Assembly: GCA_010093705.1 (NCBI GenBank)
Contig: MU006116.1
Span: 37,424 to 101,423 of the forward strand
DNA: 64,000 nt
From: Patellaria atrata CBS 101060
Taxonomy: Eukaryota
Direction: 5' to 3'
The notes under the pieces are model-generated. The model worked only from the letters and a program-made list of their open reading frames with translations, had not been told where the DNA came from and searched no databases. Of the stretch, positions 12,793 to 22,175 are shown piece after piece. Positions within the stretch are counted from its first letter, which is position 1. Every line of letters starts with the position of its first letter. The position numbers were made by a program, and so were the translations under genes.

Positions 12793-13070
12793 TGTCAAGG
12801 CTCAACCTCAGATGGAAGCTGAAAGGTATATTGCTACATGTACATGAAGCTAAAACTTGAGGAAAGAAAGTAAAAGAGAGTGTCAGAACAGCGTGAGCTG
12901 TTCTATCCAAGTACAACATGACTAAGCTACTGGATCATCCATGAAGCTTAAACTTAAGGAAAGAAAGTAAAAGAAAGTGCCAGAACAGCGTGAGCTGTTC
13001 TATTAAGAATAGCATGGCTAAGCCGCTGGAACATCAAGGCACTTATACTTATTGGGTCTAGCCCGTGACA
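12793..13070. mobile_element. Solo LTR (278 bp), copy 1
   Basis: TGTCA...TGACA termini, perfect 5-bp TSD GTTAA (12788-12792 and 13071-13075); near-identical to 19572-19851. Confidence 0.92.
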
Positions 13071-14653
13071 GTTAACGTCTGTATAGGAGTAGAGTGACTG
13101 CAGTTGTGACTGGGGCACATTTTATACATCATCTCAAGTCAGTAATAAGGATTCAATTATTATGAGATTACTTGAATCGGTGAATTCCTACCGCTTGTGA
13201 GATGATGTAAGCTGGAGGAGAGACTTGGGAATTCTGACTGTGGAGTAAAAATGCGGGGATCCCTTCTCACAACTGATGATAGCTATATCTAGATAACCCC
13301 AAATCATGTGAAAGAAATTGAAATGTGTCTAATATTTCGAAATGATTAGAATAATAATTGACATTAATAAAGGTTTAGGATTTTCGGACGTCCATATCAG
13401 TGTCACCATTGCTCCAGCTCCGGGAGTTTCGACTGTGATCGTCATACACAAATCATGAAATGACTTTAGGGTACTTGAGTGATAATTCCTTGAAATGAAC
13501 GTGGCCAGTCCTGATACTGATACATATATGGTAGAGTGAACTGATTGAAACCTTTACCAACAATGTAGTTCCCTTGGTCATTTAACCAGCAGATGAAGTG
13601 CGATTACTACCAGGTATGTAACGAGGGAATATCGAGTTCAGGAACAACTTAGTTGAGTGATGGAAGTGACCCAGTGTAGTCTTTACCCGCTTGCGTAATT
13701 TTATCGCATCTCCGATCACTTCATGATCCATATCTCTTTCCTATGCCCTGGGTTATTATAAGAGACTAATGAGTCACCTACACCACAGAAAGTAAAATGA
13801 TGGACTCTGGTTTTTACAAATTGCACAGCATTAGAATGTTCATACATCCTAGATCTCCTTTATTGTGACGGAAAGGAGATGAACTCAGGCATTTACAATT
13901 AGTCTAGAAACCTAGAAGATGCTGAGTAAGATATACTTTTTCTTGACTTAGTCATCCATCGAACGAACGTCAAGTCATCCAGTCACTTTAGCATACCCTG
14001 AACAGCAACAACACTGAGAAAAATGAAAATAATTTCAACATATTATTTGACTAAGTTCAAGCCTCAGATGCAGGTAGAATTTGTCTTAAATGAACTGTGA
14101 TGCACTTCCGTAAAGATATCACTGCTGAACGGAGTGATGTGGAGAGGAATAGAACCAGGAAAACAACTCAAAAAGATTAAGGATAGTCCTTGAATAGCAA
14201 TAAAATAAGAAGACTAGATTCGGAAGTAAGGGAATTTGGTTCTTGAATTGTAGTATAGGATAGTCGTTTCCACCAGTAATGGGTTCCCCCATAGGAAGTC
14301 TCTCTCCTAACAATGAAGAAACAACTGAATTTAGGATTATATACCAACTATATGAAGTATTAGTTAACATTCTGATAACTTACAATCCCTGAATCTGATG
14401 GGGTGGGGTAATGGGTTTGCTTGCATAACCCCTAGGGCTTGAGGGAATCGCCAAGACCAGCCCTCGCTACTTGCCTTATAATCTGCGGCCTCCCACTCTC
14501 CCCCCCTCGGTTTTCCTTCTCTTCTATCTTTCCCTCAATCACTCAATCTACCTCAACATTAGCCACTTCGAAAACAAGCAACACCCCTTTGTACTGTTAC
14601 ATCACAGAAGGGTCTCACTTACATAAGCATCTTGCCAACCAGTGGTACCCGAA

Positions 14654-15244
14654 ATGGGTCGTTCAAGGTCTTCATCATCGTCGACCATATCTTCCGGCGC
14701 ATTTTCGTCCTCATCGTCGTCAAGTATGATGATAGAATCTACCGGTATTGTTGGTGTCAATAGTGAATACCGCCGGTACGAGAGGTCAGATGGGAGAACC
14801 ATTCGAATCTACGAACAGTATCGGCGCCCAAGGATATCAACACCCCGAAAATCCAAGATTTCTCTACCCGATGGTATTTTCCCCGAGGTGCATAGTGTTC
14901 AACGACTGTCGTCCACGCAGAGAGACCAGGTTGTCAGAGAGGAAGACCGGATCGCCAAGGAAATGCACGTGACAAAGGTCCCTCAGTTATCACGATTGAG
15001 GAGAAAAGTTGTTGTCCACCAAAAGTCAGTTAAGGAAGAATTGGATGGTGCTATGTTACGCAAGGATAGGTTCCAGAGCCGAGCTGAGGAGTCGACATCG
15101 TTACCACCTCCCACTCCAAACATAGGTCGATTGGCAACTCCAGATTTACCAGAAATAGTAGAATTCCCATTCTGTGAGTGTTGTGACCAAATGGCTACGA
15201 TGGTATGTCAAAGGTGTGCGTTTGAGATGTGTTTGGCTGAGTGA
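14654..15244 (+). CDS. Hypothetical protein with C-terminal Cys cluster (CECCD..VCQRC...C)
   Basis: About 196-aa ORF downstream of a pyrimidine-rich 5' region; no family recognised. Confidence 0.5.
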   Translation: MGRSRSSSSSTISSGAFSSSSSSSMMIESTGIVGVNSEYRRYERSDGRTIRIYEQYRRPRISTPRKSKISLPDGIFPEVHSVQRLSSTQRDQVVREEDRIAKEMHVTKVPQLSRLRRKVVVHQKSVKEELDGAMLRKDRFQSRAEESTSLPPPTPNIGRLATPDLPEIVEFPFCECCDQMATMVCQRCAFEMCLAE

Positions 15245-15468
15245 ACTTGGCCGGGATAGATAACACCTTCAATCGTTGTATACAAAGATTAGAAGATGTT
15301 CTCTTTTTGTTCGATTTGTTGAAGGGAAGGTGTTTCCAATTCAGGATGTTGCTATTCGGTGATTTTTAATTGAGGGTGGATACGTAGAGAATGCTCATTT
15401 GATCAGCTCTAAGGTTGAACGGATCGAAAACCGTCGGCGTGTCGATATTAGATAATGGTGTTGCATAA

Positions 15469-16059
15469 CTAGTCTTTTGCGCTATCAACAATGAAGTATT
15501 TACCTGATTTTCGATCTGCACTGCCAATAACATTCCAATATTCCGCCTCTTGTGTAGCATTCGTAACAACTCGCTTCTTTCGTTCCCGTCCAGGAAGGGC
15601 TGAAACCTTGTCCTCTTCGGTGATTGTATTTTGAAGAGACGAAAGGACAATTTCAATCTCTTTTTCAGCTTTGACGGTCTCATCTCGAATGCTGCGTAAT
15701 GGTTGAATGTCCTTGGTGTTTACTTGTCGAATCTCCTTGACAAAATGGAGTTGAGACTCCAATGTATTAGCCATCTTAGCTTCTTCATCAGCACTTTGTG
15801 GAAAGGGAAGGGCTGATAACCGTAGCAAATGATGTAGGTGATCGGACGTAATAGCAGGAACATCATTATTCTGTGAGTCTGCAGTAGGTAGTAATAATCG
15901 CACGGACCAAGACGGTTTCGAAAGCAGAGCGTCGATATCCAGGGATGACGAAAAGTTGCTACACCCACGACATGACAACATATGTCTGAGTGATCCATGA
16001 GCTCGCAGAACTCTCGGAAGGTTATTACAGACTCTGGTTTTAGTGACTAAAGCGGCCAT
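15469..16059 (-). CDS. Mitochondrial Glu-tRNA(Gln) amidotransferase small subunit (Gta3/GatF-like)
   Basis: Basic presequence-like N-terminus; DIDALLSKPSWSV, LHHLLRLSALP, LESQLHFV..I..V.T....PLRSIRDE and C-terminal YFIV motifs. Confidence 0.75.
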   Translation of the reverse strand: MAALVTKTRVCNNLPRVLRAHGSLRHMLSCRGCSNFSSSLDIDALLSKPSWSVRLLLPTADSQNNDVPAITSDHLHHLLRLSALPFPQSADEEAKMANTLESQLHFVKEIRQVNTKDIQPLRSIRDETVKAEKEIEIVLSSLQNTITEEDKVSALPGRERKKRVVTNATQEAEYWNVIGSADRKSGKYFIVDSAKD

Positions 16060-16449
16060 ATTGGGGTATTGAGCGGTCAAAGTTGCCCAGCTGTTGTTAC
16101 TTTGGAAGATGGGGAAGATATGAGAAAAATGAGCCAGATGCCGACATTTGACCTTCTTGAATTCCAACGGCAGAGATATTTCAGTAATTCAAGTTTTACT
16201 TACTGTGTTGAGGAGGTTTTGCGGCTCATAGAGCGCGTTTGAGCATAAGATGAGGTTCAAAAGTACGGCAAAACTGCGGATCTTACCGGCAGGTGCGGGT
16301 CATTTAAGTTCCAGCTCATCGCTCATCTGACACTTACCACTTCCATCTGAACTCTTAGCGGACGAGCTCCGTCATAGTTTCTTACTCACATTCTCGAGAC
16401 CTACCCACAAACTCTTCGACTATCTCTAGTTGCGGTATATAGAACTAGA

Positions 16450-18011
16450 ATGTCAAATCGTAAAGGAGAGAAACCAGTGTCACTCCAAGATGCTCAAGCA
16501 AAGCTACGAGAGGTTAGTGTAATTGCTCTAGCTCCCAAGTAATAACCATATCAGCGGGGCTGACGAACCTATGTAGGCGAAAGAGTTACAAAACAGCTCA
16601 AGCGCAAAGAGAGGCTTCAACGTAGGTTTCTCACAGTGAAGATCGAACTTCGTTCACTTATGGCACTTTAGTGGTTGGCCTGGCTTGGTGACCTCGATGC
16701 CAATGAGACAAAGTATGAAAATGTTGTCAAGGCATATAGGGCTGCATCAGATATGTTCAAAGCCATTGAGCATAGTATAACCCCATAATTGAGAATGCTA
16801 CCGAAGAAAATTGTCTGAATCTCTCTATTAGGAAAAGAAGCTGCTCAGGCCTTACAGGACGCCGCAGATGTTCAAATCAAGCATGACGGAGGGTTCGGTG
16901 CCGCTGCGACACTCGAAGATGCATTCAACTTATGTCGAAATACGGATCCGGAAGTGGCTGCGGAGTGTATGGAGAAAAAGGTCCAGTTCTACGAGTCCAT
17001 AATTAAAGAGAATAAGATCGAAGGCAAAAAAGAATACTATAACGCGGCGCATACATGGGAGAAATTAGGGAAAGTAAGAACAGCAAGCCGAAATTCCGCT
17101 CATAACTTTGGCATTATTGATGATTCATTAGGCATACAATTCTCTATATGAAAAATTGGATACAGAAAATCACCAGCTCGCCGTCGAATACCTTGGATTG
17201 GCCGTAAATGCATATGCAGTAAGTTTATTACGTTTAAAGTTCTTCGTAATTACTGATAACTGTAGAATTCCGGTGGCCGGTATGACGATGATGGTAAACC
17301 GGCGTAAGTCGGACATATAGAAGACACAACGTGAACTCGGACAGGACTAATATGGCCAACAGATTAGCGAGGAAGTCTTTTGTGGAGGTAAATACTACCT
17401 CAGAACATTATTCCCGGCCGTTAACATCATTTTAGGCTGGTGAACTTGCCGTCCTACAAAGGGATTATACCATGGCTACGAAGTCCTTCGAAAAGGCGGC
17501 TTGCGCAGCAAAGGAAACTCGGAGTCATAACCTACCGAGCCATGTCTACTCGGCAGTAGTCTGTAAACTTAAGGTATTAGGTGATACAAAGCTTCAAGAG
17601 CAGGAGGTGCAAAAAGAGAAGGTGCCAAAGGAGCCAACTGTTCAAGAGGTGTTCAAAGATATATTAGGTTCGTTATGCTCAATCATCAAACTAGTATGAT
17701 GGTATTAATTCTTTGGACATAGTTGAATATCATGCTCTCTTTCGTGAATTTAAGAATTCAGACAAAGGTCGACTACTGGTACGTTTCTACCGTACTTGAA
17801 AACGAAACGAGATTCTAACAGTTCAGTCCGTCCTCAGTAATAACTTTTCTACCAAAGTATTTCAAGCAGAGCTTGACGCGGTACTATTCTCAAATCAATC
17901 CCAGTAGATATGAACTAGTGTATGCTGACAGATGTATAGGCAAAAGTCACTGAATGGGAGCGCGATGTGTTCATGCTTATCCTTAGTCTCAATGAAGAGG
18001 ACTATACGTGA
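16450..18011 (+). CDS. Divergent alpha-SNAP/Sec17-like TPR protein, about 11 exons
   Basis: Spliced reading KYENVVKAYRAASDMFKA..KEAAQALQDAA..AAATLEDAFNLCRNTDPEVAAECMEK..YTMATKSFEKAA..EYHALFREFKNS..KVTEWERDVFMLILSLNEEDYT* parallels the SNAP helical layout and acidic C-terminal tail. Confidence 0.6.
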
Positions 18012-18764
18012 TTATACTTAGCAAGGGTTTTACGAGGCGCGTTTATATTTATTCTTGCCATTGGTCTGCGCAATATTACACGGAGCTTTAGTGTACCGTC
18101 AATACGAAATTTTCATTGAACTTGATGACATGTCCAAGGGCTCGGTATCACAAGTCATGACTTAGGTTATTTCCAGGCAAAACTGTGTAAATATATCGAC
18201 ATTTAAGACTTGAAAACTATAATTATCCTAATTTCAAGTTGGAATAAGCCTATACCCTTTTCTTAATTTTCTAAATGTCCAATTTTAGTACTTCGAGAAC
18301 AAGAGGACTTATTTTGCGTGCCCAAGAATTTTCAGTGTGGCCAACAATACGTATCGATAAGGTATTAATATTCTCGGGATTTCATCGGTATTGTATCGAA
18401 TATTGTAATACCTTAAAAATACTCTTGGCATTCAAGGCTTTTCAATATTTTTAGAATCTATCTAAAATATTTATACTTTTTGGAAGAATTTCATTGAGAT
18501 AAAGATGCCTTCGTACGAAGCCATTACATAGCTATGAGTAATATGTACAGATGTTCTAATATGGAAGGCACGAGGACGTTCCTGCCTTCCCACCTGCCTA
18601 CCTACCCACCTGCTAGTTTACATAAATATCTCTTCTTTCTGGGCTTTCTCTTCTTCTCTTCTTCTCTTCTTCTCTTTTTTTCTCCTCCTCGACCTCTGAT
18701 TTAGCAACTCGAAGTGTAAGTGCTCAGCTCAAATCTATCGTACGAAGGCTAATCAGACTACAGC

Positions 18765-19301
18765 ATGGCAGATATGCAAGTAGTTCTCTACAACCCAGCG
18801 ATCGCGCTTGCCGCTCAGGCAAACCGCAACCCAGTGCTACTCATAGCACAGCAGCAACTGGCTCCGTGGTACCATAGCCCGCAGAGTAGAGCACTTCTGG
18901 CTGTCGGCGGGGGTGTTGATGTTGAGTTCGTACGGGGCTCCATCACGCCTCAGCAGATTGAATCTCATAGGCAGTCATATGTCAATAGGATCCTCATCCA
19001 GTCTCGTGGAGGTGATATTGATCCTTGTACGGCTTGTCGTACGAGAGGTTTTCGTCCCTTCCTTAGTTGTCGCCGCGCTGGGGTGCACTTTGGTGGAGCA
19101 TGCGCCAACTGTAAATGGTGTGACCATGCAGCGCGCCGTTCCGTACGAGCTGGTGGGCTATATAAGCCTTCTTATGGAGACAGGCTGCTTGGATCTGATC
19201 CAAGGGATGACAGGGCTGACGGTAGCGCCCCTGGGAATGCTATCACGCTGGGAGATGATGACGAAGGGGCTACTCCCCAAAATGTTATAATCATTGTCTG
19301 A
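18765..19301 (+). CDS. Transposon-borne Cys-rich protein, DUF3716-like putative Zn-binding domain
   Basis: Open 178-aa ORF with IQSRG....CTAC.....PF..C......GGACANCKW; upstream CATAAATA (about 18621), CT-rich box and a 5'-UTR intron at 18716-18763 (GTAAGT..GCTAAT..CAG). Confidence 0.75.
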   Translation: MADMQVVLYNPAIALAAQANRNPVLLIAQQQLAPWYHSPQSRALLAVGGGVDVEFVRGSITPQQIESHRQSYVNRILIQSRGGDIDPCTACRTRGFRPFLSCRRAGVHFGGACANCKWCDHAARRSVRAGGLYKPSYGDRLLGSDPRDDRADGSAPGNAITLGDDDEGATPQNVIIIV

Positions 19302-19479
19302 GCAAAGCTTCGTACGAAGTTTTCTTTGGCGTTCTGATGTTCTGGCGTTCTGGAGTTCTGGTGTTCTGCTTTGCATAGCTATACAGGGCTGTTGGTAGCA
19401 CTCAGACGTGATCTATACCTTTACGTGGTGTCTAAGATCAGTAGCCATTAGGCGAAACTAAATAGATCGTACGAACCTT

Positions 19480-21900
19480 TTAGTAAATATCTTGTCTTAC
19501 CCAATGTTTAAGACATTCAGTATGTTCTAGCTCTCTTGAACTTAAGCGTGATCTTTCCCATGATACCGTACTGTCAAGGCTCAACCTCAGATGGAAGCTG
19601 AAAGGTATATTGCTACATATACATGAAGCTTAAACTTAAGGAAAGAAAGTAAAAGAGAGTATCAGAACAGCGTGAGCTATTCTATTAAAGTACAACGTGA
19701 CTAAGCTACTGGATCATGCATGGAGCTTAAACTTAAGGAAAGAATGTAAGAGAAAGTGCCAGAATAGCGTAAGTTGTTCTATTAAAGTATAGCATAGCTA
19801 AGCCGCTGGATCATCCAAGGCACTTATACCTATCGGGTCTAACCCGTGACACGTACGACGAGCTGCTGAAAATACTCGTTCTGGTTCATCACTCATAGCT
19901 GGAATTGAGAGGATCTCAACTGCAAGTATAGATAGCCGTGGAAACCGAGCTCTTTGAGTATCAGTTAACCACCATTTAATAGGTGAAACGTCCTCAATAT
20001 CGTACGGTTCTTGGTTAATATAGTCTTCAAACTCATCACCACTTAAGGGAGTCTTATTAAACCACTCAATTTGATTAAGAACACGTTCAAAATCAGTCAT
20101 ATTCTCAGATAGAGTCCTCTTTTCTTCGTACGACGCTGGTAATAATACTAAACAGGTTTTATTCCAATTTTCCCAGTATAATTTAGCAAGCTTAATCATC
20201 TGCTCAGCTTTCCCTCTTTCTTTCTTCCAACCCTCCTTAATAATCTTCGTACGTGTAACAGGCTAGAGCCTAGTGGTATGAGCGCGCCCTGCATCCGAAG
20301 ATCAGCCAGTAATATTTTCCTCAAACCTGCCTTCAGACTCTTCTCTTCTTCTTTATCTTGATCGTAGATAGCATCTGGACTAGATAGTTGGAACACAATT
20401 ACTAGAGGCCGCTCACAGTACGATAGTAAGGAGTAAAGATTGTCGCAAGAATATAGCAAGGTGAGGAAAGAAGTATAGAATAGTACTTCTCAAAAAGCTG
20501 CAAAGCTTTATAAAGTTGAGGTCTAAAATCTTTCTTATAGGTACGTTCATACTTTCTCAAAAGAATATCAAAGCCAAGCATCGTACGAAGTATCATATCA
20601 AATAATAGAGAATGGCCTTGATTAAGAAGCGTTGTCTCATAAAAGGGGCGAAGAATTAAATGGATCGTACGAAGCTTTTCCCAATCTCTATATGAAAGAC
20701 AATCTTCTTTAAGATCACTATACCATCTCTTAACATATGAATCGATTTCTTCTTCTTTACTTCATGCAACAACTATCATAATATACCAGCTATTCCATCT
20801 CGTACGATTATCAAGTGGAATCATTCTCTCTGCTCTTGTAGTCAAGTCTTTTAAGTGACGTGTAGAGCTTCGAATATGAACCACAATATTATGAAGCTTT
20901 CCAAGTGACCCTACCGTACGAAAGGTTGACTGTCTCTGTTTTCTTAAGTCGGCTTGTCTTATCTCATAGTCCTCTGGTGATAGTTCATGTGTAAGACTAC
21001 TTAGCCCTTGAGATTCGGTTTGTTCTTCAGCGTCGTACAACTCAATCAAGTCTAAATCTATCGTCCCAGCAAAGAGAAAGATTTGTACAATCAAGTTGAT
21101 AATATGGCCTATACATCGGATTCTTTGAGATGAATAGTTCCATACTAGATCTTGACTCTCTTGAAGATATTGACTAAGCAGCTGGCAAAGCTTATCATTC
21201 GTGGAAGCATTATCACCAATAATAGTACCAAGCCTTCGTACGATACTATAGTCTTGAAGAACTGGAAGAAGTACTTCAAGTTATTCACTAGATGAATGGT
21301 TTCCTACTTCTTTAAGACCAAGTAATACTCTTTGAGGTACCTCTTCCGTACGATCAATATAATGCGCGACAATACCAAGGAGAAGTATCCGATTTGGGGA
21401 AGTCCAGATATCAAGTGAGATATGGATATTTATAGGCGTAGATTGAAGTTGCTTTCGTACGAGATCTTTTTGGGGAGAGAAAGAAGCTGTTCTTCTTTTT
21501 GAATTTGTTGAGTGTGAAGTTGGAATAAAGCTCGTTGACTGCGGGTTAAGAGCTAGGCAAAATGCACGAAACTCAGGCCATTCAAATATACGGAAGGGGA
21601 GTCTTCGTATGGTAATTAGTTGAGATATCGCTTTATCAATAATATCTTGATTAAGAATCTTTTGTAACACGAGCTGATCTAGCTCATTCAATTTAGTATG
21701 CTCGCTTAACCGGTAAAGATCTTATAGTCTTTGGAAACTGTCTTCCCTATTTTCGTACGAGGCTCGTCTAGAGATATACTATGTATGTTAAGAAAATTCT
21801 TCTTGAAGTTTGTACTAATTATTGTACTATACGAACACTCGTTTATTATTGAATCTCAGAAGACATTATTTAGGAGTAGAGACCACTTTATCGTATATAC
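19480..21900 (-). pseudogene. hAT transposase, disrupted by stops/frameshifts and an LTR insertion
   Basis: Fragments RRLPF..EWPEF, HISLDIWTSPN, RCIGHIINL (CxxH), DNRTRWNSWY, WW....RFPRLS..A..ILSIPAMSDEPERVFS; removing the LTR restores RRTVSWERSRL..ECLKHW..* ending at 19480. The 5' limit is approximate. Confidence 0.9.
19572..19851. mobile_element. Solo LTR (280 bp), copy 2, nested in the hAT transposase 3' end
   Basis: TGTCA...TGACA termini; 5-bp TSD CGTAC (19567-19571 and 19852-19856). Confidence 0.92.
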
Positions 21901-22175
21901 GAAGAGTAAAATTTTGAATTGTGGGTTTAATAATATTAAGCGAAGTATTATTAGGGTATTATGAAGGTATTTATCGATACAATACTAATCGGTATTCGAC
22001 ACTATTCAATACCGGAATATTATTGGCCACACTGGAATTTTGGTGCAGTACCAAGCCTTGACCCAGTCCACGCCTTATTGCGTCACCACATCGGGTTGAT
22101 TTCACACCCAAGACATGGGAGAATTGTATGACTTCAACATCGCAGCGCAGGGCAGTGTTTTTATAAACACGCATT

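Larger units (their letters stand above)
18333..22034 (-). mobile_element. hAT-superfamily DNA transposon bounded by both TIRs, with an accessory gene and a nested solo LTR
   Basis: 17-bp TIRs CAGTGTGGCCAACAATA / TATTATTGGCCACACTG (1 mismatch); flanking direct repeat GAATTTT; hAT transposase remnants inside. Confidence 0.92.

Noticed and set aside
12793..19851. Two similar LTRs as the ends of one 7-kb LTR retrotransposon
   Set aside because: Each has its own TSD (GTTAA versus CGTAC), and the interior holds host genes, not gag/pol.
19798..19851. C-terminal residues CHGLDPIGISALDDPAA of the ORF-track transposase fragment
   Set aside because: Read-through into the inserted LTR, not transposase sequence.
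18512..21759. CGTACG array as a CRISPR-like or tandem repeat
   Set aside because: Only a 6-8 bp core is shared, spacing is irregular and the sites lie within coding sequence of a eukaryotic transposon.
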